Shown piece by piece: positions 14,564 through 24,160 of a stretch of DNA of 35,571 nucleotides; position 1 is the stretch's first letter; every line of letters begins with the position of its first letter. Origin of the DNA: Patescibacteria group bacterium (GTDB lineage Bacteria > Patescibacteriota > Minisyncoccia > Phycocordibacterales > UBA9973); NCBI GenBank assembly GCA_038063515.1, contig JBBTUY010000003.1, positions 41,894 through 77,464 of the forward strand. The letters are read 5' to 3'. The notes under the pieces are model-generated. The model did not search any database. It worked only from the letters and a program-made list of their open reading frames with translations, and was not told the origin of the DNA. Position numbers and translations under genes: made by a program.

Positions 14564-15553
14564 ATGTCTTTAAAGATCGGAATTGTAGGTCTGCCAAACG
14601 TGGGGAAGTCCACGCTTTTTAATGCTCTTACAAAAAAGAGTGTACCTGCCGAAAACTATCCATTTTGTACTATAGATCCCTCTGTAGGCATTGTTCCTGT
14701 GCCTGACGAGAGAGTTGCAAAGTTAAGTGAGCTTTCTAAATCTAAGAAAACTATCCCTGCGGCGATAGAGTTTGTGGACATTGCTGGACTTGTGGCAGGG
14801 GCATCAAAGGGTGAAGGCTTGGGGAATAAATTCCTCACTAATATACGCGAGGTAGATGCCATAGCGCATGTGGTGCGTGTGTTCGAGGATCCGTCTGTGA
14901 TACACGTAGCAGATAAAGTAGACCCCATGCAAGACGTGGGTGTCATAAACCTCGAGCTCGTACTTGCAGACTTTGAAGTGGTGGCAAAGAGGCTCTCTAC
15001 TATAGTCCGTGATGTAAAGCGTGGGGACAAGGTTGCTATAGCAGAGGAGCTCGTCTTAAAAAAGATAGAGAAAGTTTTAGAAGAAGGTAAGATGGCGTCT
15101 ACGATCGACCTCTCTCCAGAAGAAAAGTTCCTCATAAAATCCCTCTCACTTCTCACTCTGAAGCCAATGTTGTATGTATTGAATACTTCGGAGGCAAATG
15201 AAAATGTGGAAGTTGAGGCGCCGGGATTATCAGTGAAGATTGACTCTGTTTTTGAAAAAGGTTTTGATGATTTAATTAAAAAAAGTTATGAATTGCTGGG
15301 ACTTGAGACATTCTTCACTACAGGAGAAGATGAGACTCGTGCATGGACTATAGCCATAGGTAGCACCGCACCAATAGCAGGCACTGCGATACATACAGAC
15401 TTTAAGGATAAGTTTATACGTGCAGAGGTCGTGTATTGGAAAGATCTTTTAGACTCTGGATCTTATGCTGTTGCTCGTTCTAAAGGGCTCGTGCGGACAG
15501 AAGGTAAAGAATATATAGTAAAAGATGGTGACGTCATTGAGTTTTTAATATGA
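14564..15553 (+). CDS. ychF: Redox-regulated ATPase YchF (Obg family)
   Basis: GIVGLPNVGKSTLFNALT, NYPFCTIDP, FVDIAGLV.GASKGEGLGNKFL and the TGS-domain end EGKEYIVKDGDVIEF. Confidence 0.97.
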   Translation: MSLKIGIVGLPNVGKSTLFNALTKKSVPAENYPFCTIDPSVGIVPVPDERVAKLSELSKSKKTIPAAIEFVDIAGLVAGASKGEGLGNKFLTNIREVDAIAHVVRVFEDPSVIHVADKVDPMQDVGVINLELVLADFEVVAKRLSTIVRDVKRGDKVAIAEELVLKKIEKVLEEGKMASTIDLSPEEKFLIKSLSLLTLKPMLYVLNTSEANENVEVEAPGLSVKIDSVFEKGFDDLIKKSYELLGLETFFTTGEDETRAWTIAIGSTAPIAGTAIHTDFKDKFIRAEVVYWKDLLDSGSYAVARSKGLVRTEGKEYIVKDGDVIEFLI

Positions 15554-16446
15554 TGAAAAAAGAAATTAAATTATTTTATACAAAAGATTGGCATGCATAT
15601 GAGATCCTAGATACAGGAGAGGGTGAAAAGCTCGAGCGTGTCGGACTGTATACTTTTATCCGTCCACAGGAAGATGCTGTCTGGAGAAAAGATGAGAGCA
15701 TAGATGCATGGAAGAAAAATGATGGGAAATTTTGGAGCTCTAAAGAGGGTGCTAAAAGTGGCTGGAAGTTATCAAATAAAACAGAGAAAAAGTGGGATAT
15801 ATCATATAAAGATATTAAATTTATAGTTACTCCGACTCCTTTTAGACATTATGGATTTTTCCCTGAGCAAGCAGCACACTGGGATTTTATAGAAAATAAA
15901 ATAAACGAAGTAACATCAAACAAAGGTGGACAGGTGAAGTTCTTAAACTTATTTGGTTACACTGGCGTGGCTAGTCTCTTTGCCCTTCGTGCGGGAGCTG
16001 ACGTTACTCACGTAGATGCATCAAAGACGAGCGTGGCAAGTGCAAAAGAAAATCAAGAGCTCTCAGGTATGGGCGGTCTCCCTATGCGTCTTATAGTAGA
16101 TGACGTGTTAAAATTCTTAGATAGGGAAATAAAAAGAGGGAACAAGTATGATGCCGTCATCATGGATCCGCCAAAGTTTGGCCGTGGTCCAAAAGGTGAG
16201 ACATGGAAACTCGAAAAAGACTTACCAAAGCTTTTAGAAAAAGTGACTAAAGTTCTGAGCCCTGATCCACTTTTTGTAATACTTACTTCTTATGCTACAG
16301 ACTCTTCATCACTATCTCTCGGTCTTGCATTAGAAGAATCTCTGAAAAATCTAGGGGGTCAAGTAGATCAAGGAGAACTTTGTGTTCTCGAGAAGTCTCA
16401 CGACCGCCTTATATCACTTGCTCACACTACAGTGTGGACTAAATAG
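15550..16446 (+). CDS. Class I SAM-dependent methyltransferase (RlmI/RlmK-like family)
   Basis: FLNLFGYTG, VTHVDAS, YDAVIMDPPKFGRGPKGE and GFFPEQAAHW. ATGA overlap with ychF. Confidence 0.88.
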   Translation: MMKKEIKLFYTKDWHAYEILDTGEGEKLERVGLYTFIRPQEDAVWRKDESIDAWKKNDGKFWSSKEGAKSGWKLSNKTEKKWDISYKDIKFIVTPTPFRHYGFFPEQAAHWDFIENKINEVTSNKGGQVKFLNLFGYTGVASLFALRAGADVTHVDASKTSVASAKENQELSGMGGLPMRLIVDDVLKFLDREIKRGNKYDAVIMDPPKFGRGPKGETWKLEKDLPKLLEKVTKVLSPDPLFVILTSYATDSSSLSLGLALEESLKNLGGQVDQGELCVLEKSHDRLISLAHTTVWTK

Positions 16447-16447
16447 T

Positions 16448-16840
16448 TTATTTCTTTTCTTCTTCTTGAATGTCTTCAGCAATTTCTTCGACGTCTTCTT
16501 GGATCTCGTCGACATTTTCTTGAATTTCATCCACGTCTTCAGCGATCTCTACCACGTCTTTTTGAATTTCATCCACGTCTTCTTGAATCTCCTCGATGTC
16601 TTCAGATACTTCCTCGAGCTCTTTTGTGTGTTGATTTACAGTCATTTGGATAAATATTGAAAGGTATATAGCTTCGAGTGAGACTACTGTAGTAAGTATT
16701 AGTAGGACGTCTTCAGAAGAAACTCCAAAAAATCGTAAACATAGCATACCAGCGAAGAAAATAGTATGAAAAAGTAGGGATTGGGGTGAGCCAATCCAAT
16801 CAGTTAATTTTTTTGAGAAATCTTTAAATTTTTTATCCAT
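16448..16840 (-). CDS. DUF1003-like 2-TM membrane protein with an acidic heptad-repeat tail
   Basis: WIGSP..LLFHTIFF and LTTVVSLEAIYLSIFIQM, followed by about 7 repeats of EDV(D/E)EI(Q/A). Confidence 0.75.
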   Translation of the reverse strand: MDKKFKDFSKKLTDWIGSPQSLLFHTIFFAGMLCLRFFGVSSEDVLLILTTVVSLEAIYLSIFIQMTVNQHTKELEEVSEDIEEIQEDVDEIQKDVVEIAEDVDEIQENVDEIQEDVEEIAEDIQEEEKK

Positions 16841-16887
16841 GGTATTGCAACTCTCAATTTATAATAAGATATGATATACTTTTATAT

Positions 16888-17838
16888 ATGGAAACACAAA
16901 TAAAAACAAGTGGTGTAAAAGATTTCTTTATTAATTTAGGAGCTACTATAGCTTTATATACTCTCGTAGTTAGTTTATTAAATTTACTTTTTGTTGTCAT
17001 AGACAGAGCATACCCAAGAGTTTTCACAGAATACAGTTATTTTGGTAGCACTTCTATCAGCTGGCCAGTTTCCGTACTTATTATTTTCTTTCCGATATTA
17101 ATGTTTTTAATGTGGTTAATGGAGCGTGGATACAAAAATGACCCAGAGAGTAAAAATAGAGGTATTCATAAATGGCTTGTATATATAACATTGTTCATCT
17201 CTGGTCTTACAGCAGCCATCGATCTTGTCACAGTTCTGTATTACTTCATTGACGGTCAAGAACTAACTACAGGATTTCTACTCAAAGTATTAGTCGTGCT
17301 TGTTATGTCTGTCAGCATATTTACGTATTACATTTCTGATCTTCGTAATACTTTAAAATCAAAATCAAGAATGGGATGGAGAATCTTCGCAGGAGTCATA
17401 GTAATTACTTCTATTATCTGGGGTTTTGCTGTACTTGGCTCACCTCGAACACAGAGACTTTATAAATACGATGAGCAAAAGGTGAGTGATCTACAAAACA
17501 TAAGTAGTCAGGTTGCAAATTACTTTTACGACAAGAAAAATTTACCTAAAAATTTAGAAGAATCATTTGGGGGCAACTACTATGTTCCTGTATTAGATCA
17601 ACAAAACAACAAACCGTATGAGTATAAGAAAACTAGCGAGAATACTTATGAATTGTGTGCAGAATTTAATAAAGAAATAAATGAGGAGTCTGCTAAGGAT
17701 AGCGCCTATCTTAATAATAGTTATTATGGTGGCAGTGCCTCATGGGCTCACTCCGCAGGTCGCTATTGTTTTACTAGGACATTAAATCTTAATAATTCCG
17801 ATGCTACTTTATATCCAAAATCTGTACCATTCCAATAA
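16888..17838 (+). CDS. DUF5671-like membrane protein with a C-terminal extracellular domain
   Basis: About 5 TM helices, then GSPRTQRLYKYDEQKVSDLQNI...YEYKK....YELCAEF...W.HSAGRYCF, a pattern typical of conserved CPR membrane proteins. Confidence 0.7.
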   Translation: METQIKTSGVKDFFINLGATIALYTLVVSLLNLLFVVIDRAYPRVFTEYSYFGSTSISWPVSVLIIFFPILMFLMWLMERGYKNDPESKNRGIHKWLVYITLFISGLTAAIDLVTVLYYFIDGQELTTGFLLKVLVVLVMSVSIFTYYISDLRNTLKSKSRMGWRIFAGVIVITSIIWGFAVLGSPRTQRLYKYDEQKVSDLQNISSQVANYFYDKKNLPKNLEESFGGNYYVPVLDQQNNKPYEYKKTSENTYELCAEFNKEINEESAKDSAYLNNSYYGGSASWAHSAGRYCFTRTLNLNNSDATLYPKSVPFQ

Positions 17839-17856
17839 TTATTAAAGATATTTCTT

Positions 17857-17891
17857 ACAAAAAACCACTTTGCAAAAAGGTGGTTTTTTGT
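17857..17891 (+). terminator. Intrinsic terminator-like hairpin overlapping the leuS promoter
   Basis: ACAAAAAACCAC...GTGGTTTTTTGT inverted repeat followed by a T-run. Confidence 0.7.
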
Positions 17892-17898
17892 TTATGAT
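17870..17898 (+). promoter_or_regulatory. Sigma70 promoter of leuS
   Basis: TTGCAA (17870-17875), 17-nt spacer, TATGAT (17893-17898), 8 nt before the ATG. Confidence 0.75.
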
Positions 17899-17906
17899 GT
17901 ATATAT

Positions 17907-20237
17907 ATGAAAGAATATGACCATAAAAAGATAGAAAAAAAGTGGCAGAATTTTTGGGACAAAAATGGTACATTTACTGCAAAGAATACTTCAAAAAAGC
18001 CTAAATACTTTAATTTAATTGAGTTTCCGTACCCGTCAGGGGCAGGTATGCATGTGGGGCATATCCGTAGTAATACTGCTATGGACATAATCTCTCGCAA
18101 GAGGCGGATGGAGGGTTACAATGTGCTTTACCCTATAGGCTGGGATGCATTCGGACTACCTACTGAAAATTATGCTATAAAGACCGGCATCCATCCCATA
18201 AAAGTTACTAAACAAAATACTGACACGTTTAGACGTCAGCTAAAAGCTCTCGGCTTTTCTTTTGATTGGTCACGAGAGATTAATACCACTGATCCAAAAT
18301 ATTATAAATGGACGCAGTGGATATTTTTACAACTATTTAAAAAAGGTTTAGCTTACAAAACTAAGACAGAGATAAACTGGTGTCCATCTTGTAAGATTGG
18401 TCTTGCAAATGAAGAAGTAGTCGCTGGGAAGTGTGAGCGTTGTGGAGGTCCTACAGAAAAAAGAGAAAAGGAACAATGGATGCTTGCTATTACAAAATAC
18501 GCAGAGCGATTAGATAAGGATCTAGACACAGTAGACTACTTAGAGAAAATTAAAATTCAGCAGAGAAATTGGATAGGAAAGAGCGAAGGCGCAGAGATAG
18601 ATTTTAAGATGTTCTCTGCTAGGCAAGACCTAGCGGAAGAAGTTAAAGTTTTTACCACACGTCCAGATACTATCTTCGGTGCAACTTATTTAGTTTTAGC
18701 TCCTGATCATAATTTAGTCCAAGAGCTTCGAAGTAAAATTTCAAATTGGGCCGAAGTAGAGAAATATATTTCCTTAGTTAAAACTAAAGACGACATAGAA
18801 CGAACAGGAGAAAATAAAGAAAAGACAGGGGTAGAGTTAAAAGGTGTACATGCAATTAATCCTGCAAATAAAAAAGAAATACCTGTGTGGATTGCAGATT
18901 ATGTATTAGCGAGTTATGGTACAGGTTCTATTATGGCAGTACCCGCAGATGATACACGAGACAGAGAATTTGCTGAGAAATTTAATTTACCGATAATAAG
19001 TGAATATAAAAAAGCTGGTTTTACAGATTTTGGTAAAAAAGTCACAAAGTTTAAACTCCGTGACTGGGTTTTCTCTCGTCAGAGATATTGGGGTGAGCCT
19101 ATACCGCTTATACATTGTGATACTTGTGGCTTTGTTCCTGTGCCAGAAAAAGATTTACCAGTTATACTTCCAAAAGTAGTGAAATACAAACCGACAGACA
19201 ATGGTGAGAGTCCACTTGCTGATATAAAATCTTGGGTAAATGTAAAATGTCCAAAGTGTAAAGGTAATGCAAAGAGAGAAACAGATACCATGCCAAACTG
19301 GGCTGGAAGCTCTTGGTATTTTCTACGCTACACTGATCCAAAAAATAACAAAGAGCTCGCTTCAAAAAAAGTTTTGAAATATTGGATGAGCAGTAAGTCA
19401 GGGGGCGTGGACTGGTACAACGGGGGAATGGAGCATACTACTCTTCACCTTTTGTACTCTCGTTTCTGGCATAAATTTCTATATGACATAGGTGTGGTGC
19501 CTACGAGTGAGCCCTATATGAAGCGTACCTCTCATGGGATGATCTTAGCCGCACAAGGAGAGAAGATGTCTAAATCAAAAGGTAACGTTGTAAATCCAGA
19601 TGATCTAGTAAAGACCTACGGTGCAGACACTCTTCGTCTTTATGAAATGTTTATGGGGCCGTTTGATCAATCGGTTTCTTGGAATAGTGATAGCATGATA
19701 GGTCCAAGGCGTTTTCTCGAGAAAGTCTGGCGAGTAGGTATGAAGGCATTAACTAGGGCAGATAAAAATTCCACAGCTTCTCTTCAGAAAATCTTACACA
19801 AGACAATAAAAAAGGTAACAGAAGACATAGAGGGAATGCATTTTAATACAGCTATTTCCAGCATGATGATCTTAGTTACAGAAATGGAAAATGAAGAAGC
19901 TATCTCTATAGATGATTTTAAGAAATTCTTAAAAATTCTCTCGCCATTTGCCCCTCATGTTATAGAGGAATTGTGGAGTATATGTAAAGAAAAGAAATCT
20001 ATTAGCTACTCCGTGTGGCCTCTATGGGACTCAAATTTAATAAAAGATGATGAAATAAAAATAGTAATTCAAGTCAATGGTAAAGTTCGATCTGAAATGA
20101 TGATCCTTCCTACTCTTAATGAAGAGTCCATAAAAGGTCAGGCTCTTAAAGATGAAAATGTGATCAAACATTTAGGAGGTCAAGATCCAAAGAGAGTTAT
20201 CTATGTCAAAGGTCGTCTAGTTAACATAGTTGTGTAA
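17907..20237 (+). CDS. leuS: Leucine--tRNA ligase
   Basis: EFPYPSGAGMHVGH (HIGH), GWDAFGLPTEN, FTTRPDT, LRDWVFSRQRYWGEPIP and KMSKSKGN. Confidence 0.98.
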   Translation: MKEYDHKKIEKKWQNFWDKNGTFTAKNTSKKPKYFNLIEFPYPSGAGMHVGHIRSNTAMDIISRKRRMEGYNVLYPIGWDAFGLPTENYAIKTGIHPIKVTKQNTDTFRRQLKALGFSFDWSREINTTDPKYYKWTQWIFLQLFKKGLAYKTKTEINWCPSCKIGLANEEVVAGKCERCGGPTEKREKEQWMLAITKYAERLDKDLDTVDYLEKIKIQQRNWIGKSEGAEIDFKMFSARQDLAEEVKVFTTRPDTIFGATYLVLAPDHNLVQELRSKISNWAEVEKYISLVKTKDDIERTGENKEKTGVELKGVHAINPANKKEIPVWIADYVLASYGTGSIMAVPADDTRDREFAEKFNLPIISEYKKAGFTDFGKKVTKFKLRDWVFSRQRYWGEPIPLIHCDTCGFVPVPEKDLPVILPKVVKYKPTDNGESPLADIKSWVNVKCPKCKGNAKRETDTMPNWAGSSWYFLRYTDPKNNKELASKKVLKYWMSSKSGGVDWYNGGMEHTTLHLLYSRFWHKFLYDIGVVPTSEPYMKRTSHGMILAAQGEKMSKSKGNVVNPDDLVKTYGADTLRLYEMFMGPFDQSVSWNSDSMIGPRRFLEKVWRVGMKALTRADKNSTASLQKILHKTIKKVTEDIEGMHFNTAISSMMILVTEMENEEAISIDDFKKFLKILSPFAPHVIEELWSICKEKKSISYSVWPLWDSNLIKDDEIKIVIQVNGKVRSEMMILPTLNEESIKGQALKDENVIKHLGGQDPKRVIYVKGRLVNIVV

Positions 20238-20243
20238 GTGTAA

Positions 20244-20252
20244 TTATCCACA
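20244..20252 (+). promoter_or_regulatory. Single consensus DnaA box
   Basis: TTATCCACA in the intergenic region, ~30 nt upstream of a TG-T-TATAAT -10 element (20283-20288). Confidence 0.45.
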
Positions 20253-20319
20253 CAGATTCTTATGTATTACTTTAATTGTTGTTATAATGAGTTTGCTAAT
20301 TAATTAATATATAAATTAT

Positions 20320-22413
20320 ATGAACCTAAATATTTTTGATAGAATCTCTTTTTTCATCCTATTCTTTTTTGTGGTTCTCTTACCAGTATTCTTTTTGCCT
20401 TTTACAAATTTCTCCGTTGATGCAGGTAAAAGCCTGTTTTTAGTTCTTGGTGTTGTTTTATCTTTGATAGCTTGGATAGTCGCTAGATTTTCTGATGGCA
20501 AGATAGTTTTCTCTAAATCATTAGTTTTAGTAGGTGGTGGTGGTGTGGTTTTAGTTTCTTTATTGTCTGCTTTATTCTCTAAATCTCTCGGTGTCACTTT
20601 GTTTGGCACTATGCTTGATGTAGGTACTTTCTGGTTTATTTTATGTGTTTTTGTTTTAATGGTTATTTCCTCTATTGTTTTTCGAGATGCTAAAAATACC
20701 CGAATACTTCTCTTTGGTATAATGTTATTCTCAACGGTTATGCTTGTTTTCCAAACTCTACGAATATTTTTCCCTAGTCTTCTTTCCTTTGGTGTATTTA
20801 CAGGTAAGACAGACAATGTCTTAGGCTCTTTTAATGCATTTGGAGTATTCCAAGGTTTGTATGTTTTGCTCACTCTTTTTATATATGAATTTTTTCCACT
20901 TACAAAATGGATCAGAGTTGTTTTGGGTGTTCTTCTAGCTTTATCACTTTTCTTTATTTTTCTAGTTAACTTTGTGTTAGTTTGGGTTGTTTTGGGTATC
21001 TTTGCTTTAATTATTTTTATATATAAGGCATCTATAAATGCAAGCAAGAGCAAAGATGGGGGTAAGATAGATTTCCCTATAATGTCCTTCATTGTAGTAC
21101 TGATAGCTTTGTTTTTTTTTATGGCACCTCTGTCTTGGAGTGTAAAATTACCTAATGAACTTGGAATTCAAAATGCTGAAGTTAACCCGTCTATTATTTC
21201 CACTCTGTCTGTTGCTAAGTCTGTAATTAAAGAGAATCCTGTTTTAGGTTTTGGTCCAAATAGGTTTGCAGAAGCTTGGGCTCTCTTTAAGCCTAGTGCT
21301 ATAAATAAAACTTTTTTCTGGGATGTTTTCTTTATTTCTGGTGCTGGTTTAATTCCTACATTTGTCGCAACTACTGGTATTGTGGGTATTCTTGCGTGGC
21401 TTATGTTCTTAGGATCTTTTATTTTTGTTGGTATTAAGTATCTTTTTTTTAATCAAAAAGAAAGTATCGATCATCATAAATTTTTATTCTTTCTACTTTC
21501 TTTATATTTGATTGTTATTTCATTTTTCTATTTTACTGGAATTGTTTTATGCACGCTCCTTTTCATATGTATGGGTGTATTTATAGGGCTTGTGTCATCT
21601 AGTCGTGAGGGAGGAGAGATAACTATTTCATTTTTTGATGATCACAGAAAAAGCTTCTTTTTAATGCTTTTCCTTGTATTTCTGATGATGGTTCTTGCAG
21701 CTGTTGGATTTAAATACATACAGAAATTTATTTCAGTATCTTATTTTACTAAGACACTAAGGTCTAAAAGTCTAGACAGTGCCGAAGCATTAATGCTTAA
21801 AGCCATCTCTCTAAATACAAATGATTTATATTTTAGAACATATGCACAAATAGAAATCAGTAAATTTAACTCACTTGTCACAAAGGATGCAGCTTCTTTG
21901 TCTGATGCTGATAGTGCTAATTTGCAAAACGTCTTAAACCAAGCAGTTAGTGGGGCAGAGCAAGCTATAAAATATAATCCTAAAAATTATTTAAATTATG
22001 AAATGTTAGGATCTGTTTTCCAGACAGCGGGCTCTCTTGGGGTAAAAGATGCAAATACAAAATCTGTTGAAGCATACAAAAATGCATCTTTGTTTAATCC
22101 TAAAAATCCTAGATTCTATCTTTTAATAGCAAATATTTATCTCGGTGAGGAAAAAATAAAAGAAGCTAAAGAATACGCTACAACAGCGATAACACTAAAG
22201 CCAGATTACATAGATGCCCTTGTAATTTTATCTAGGATTTCAACCAAAGAAGGGAATCGTGAAGAGGCAATTTCATATGGACAAAAAGCACTTTTGTTAC
22301 TTCCTAATAATCAAGATTTGATAAAATATGTAGACTCTTTAAAGAATGGAAGTTCTTCTAGTGTGAATACCGAACCTGTCATTAAAGATAATTCTAATAC
22401 CAAAAAACAGTAA
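20320..22413 (+). CDS. Polytopic membrane protein (O-antigen-ligase-like) with C-terminal TPRs
   Basis: About 12-13 TM helices, NPVLGFGPNRF motif and TPR-like helices (AIKYNPKNYLNYEMLG, AITLKPDYIDALVIL). Confidence 0.75.
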   Translation: MNLNIFDRISFFILFFFVVLLPVFFLPFTNFSVDAGKSLFLVLGVVLSLIAWIVARFSDGKIVFSKSLVLVGGGGVVLVSLLSALFSKSLGVTLFGTMLDVGTFWFILCVFVLMVISSIVFRDAKNTRILLFGIMLFSTVMLVFQTLRIFFPSLLSFGVFTGKTDNVLGSFNAFGVFQGLYVLLTLFIYEFFPLTKWIRVVLGVLLALSLFFIFLVNFVLVWVVLGIFALIIFIYKASINASKSKDGGKIDFPIMSFIVVLIALFFFMAPLSWSVKLPNELGIQNAEVNPSIISTLSVAKSVIKENPVLGFGPNRFAEAWALFKPSAINKTFFWDVFFISGAGLIPTFVATTGIVGILAWLMFLGSFIFVGIKYLFFNQKESIDHHKFLFFLLSLYLIVISFFYFTGIVLCTLLFICMGVFIGLVSSSREGGEITISFFDDHRKSFFLMLFLVFLMMVLAAVGFKYIQKFISVSYFTKTLRSKSLDSAEALMLKAISLNTNDLYFRTYAQIEISKFNSLVTKDAASLSDADSANLQNVLNQAVSGAEQAIKYNPKNYLNYEMLGSVFQTAGSLGVKDANTKSVEAYKNASLFNPKNPRFYLLIANIYLGEEKIKEAKEYATTAITLKPDYIDALVILSRISTKEGNREEAISYGQKALLLLPNNQDLIKYVDSLKNGSSSSVNTEPVIKDNSNTKKQ

Positions 22414-22415
22414 GG

Positions 22416-24095
22416 ATGAATAAGATTTTACGAATTCTGAGTAGAGAATACGGTAACGTAAATCAGGCTGCACTTCTGTTAGGTTTTTTTGCTTTTTTCT
22501 CTCAGGTTTTAGCTTTGTTTAGAGATCGTTCTATTGCTCACTTTATAGGACCTTCTTCGACTCTCGATGCATATTATGCAGCTTTTCGTGTTCCCGATCT
22601 TATATTCATTTGCATAGCCTCACTTGCATCGATAACTGTTATTATCCCATTTTTGGTGCCAAAGATGGACAATAATAAAGTCACACCGGAAGCACAGAAG
22701 TATTTAAATGATATTTTTACAACTTTCTTTTGTTTAATGATCGTAGTTGCCTCAATAGCATTTTTACTTATGCCATACTTAGTATTTTTTATTGCTCCAG
22801 GGTTTGATCCAGTTTTGCAGTCCAAGGTTATTTTAATGTCCCGCATAATGCTTTTTTCTCCAATACTTATGGGTTTGTCTAATTTGTTTGGTACTGTTAC
22901 TCAGCTTTTCCGTAAATTTTTTATTTATTCTTTGAGTCCTGTATTTTATAATGTAGGCATAATTATAGGTGTGATATTTTTATATCCAATTTTTGACATA
23001 TACGGTATGGCTATAGGTGTGGCACTTGGTGCTTTGTTTCATTTCATTATACAAGCACTAGCTTCTCATTATTCTGGTTTTACTCCGAAGTTTTCTTTCA
23101 ATATAAATTTAAATGATGTAAAGAAAGCCGCATTAACGTCACTCCCGCGTACCTTAGGTCTTGCTTTTAACAACATTTCTCTTATTTTTATAATTGCTTT
23201 TGCATCCTTTTTAGAAAGTGGTTCTATTTCTGTATTTAACTTATCTTTTAATCTTCAATCAGTTCCTCTCAATATCATCGGTATTTCTTATGCAGTAGCT
23301 GCATTTCCTACTCTTGCGAGAGCGTTTTCGAATGGTAAAAATGAAGAATTCAAACAGCATCTAAAATCTTCAGCACGCGCCATAGTTTTCTGGTCACTAC
23401 CTATAATATTTCTCTTTATCGTTGTGCGTGCGCAGATCGTGCGTGTGATACTCGGTTCTGGGGGTTTTTCTTGGGACAACACTCGTTTGGTCGCTGCATC
23501 ACTTGCTCTTTTTTCAATATCCATTTTGGCGCAGGGGATCATCACTCTTTTGTCGAGAGCGTACTATGCAACTGGAAATACAAAGCGCCCTTTGGTGGTA
23601 AATTTTCTGTGTTCAATTTTAATTATATTTTTGGCATATTTTTTCACACACATTTTTGAGAATTTTCCAATGTGGCGTTACTTTATAGAGTCTCTTTTGA
23701 AAGTTGATGATATATCTGGGACAGAGGTATTAATGCTTCCACTTGCGTATTCAGTAGGTACTATTCTAAATGCTGTTTTGCATTGGTTTTTTGTTCGTAA
23801 AGATTTTATGGACGGAGAGTCTTTCATCACTGTAACTTTCTTTCAAAGTCTCGGCGCCTCGTTCTTCTTAGGCTCTGTGGCATATGTAAGCTTAAATGTT
23901 CTTTCGCCTATATTCGGTACAATAACTTTAATAGGGGTTTTCCTGCAAGGTTTTATTTCAGGTATTTTAGGTATTATTTGTGCTATTTTAGTCTTGTATC
24001 TGCTCGGCAGCGAAGAGCTTAATAGTCTGATCAAAACTCTAAAAACTAAGTTCTGGAAAACAAAGACAATAGTGCCTTCTCAAGAGGAGTTATAA
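22416..24095 (+). CDS. murJ: Lipid II flippase MurJ (MviN)
   Basis: SQVLALFRDR, DAYYAAFRVPD, SYAVAAFPTLAR and RAYYATGNTKRP, with ~14 TM helices. Confidence 0.92.
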   Translation: MNKILRILSREYGNVNQAALLLGFFAFFSQVLALFRDRSIAHFIGPSSTLDAYYAAFRVPDLIFICIASLASITVIIPFLVPKMDNNKVTPEAQKYLNDIFTTFFCLMIVVASIAFLLMPYLVFFIAPGFDPVLQSKVILMSRIMLFSPILMGLSNLFGTVTQLFRKFFIYSLSPVFYNVGIIIGVIFLYPIFDIYGMAIGVALGALFHFIIQALASHYSGFTPKFSFNINLNDVKKAALTSLPRTLGLAFNNISLIFIIAFASFLESGSISVFNLSFNLQSVPLNIIGISYAVAAFPTLARAFSNGKNEEFKQHLKSSARAIVFWSLPIIFLFIVVRAQIVRVILGSGGFSWDNTRLVAASLALFSISILAQGIITLLSRAYYATGNTKRPLVVNFLCSILIIFLAYFFTHIFENFPMWRYFIESLLKVDDISGTEVLMLPLAYSVGTILNAVLHWFFVRKDFMDGESFITVTFFQSLGASFFLGSVAYVSLNVLSPIFGTITLIGVFLQGFISGILGIICAILVLYLLGSEELNSLIKTLKTKFWKTKTIVPSQEEL

Positions 24096-24160
24096 ATTCT
24101 TGATATCTACATATGAGCTTTGAAATATAAGCTTTTTCTGGTAATGTTATTATATTCATC

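Noticed and set aside
14564-15553. Short YchF (329 aa) as a pseudogene
   Set aside because: All key motifs and the TGS end are intact in one frame. The shortening is an internal in-frame reduction.
20244-20252. DnaA box as a replication origin
   Set aside because: Only one box is visible in a short intergenic region, with no dnaA/dnaN nearby.
20316-21092. 258-aa antisense ORF (also 2315-2896, 14656-15156, 16382-16660, 32749-33144 and other shadows)
   Set aside because: These lie opposite well-supported genes, reflect codon or repeat bias, and carry no recognisable motifs.
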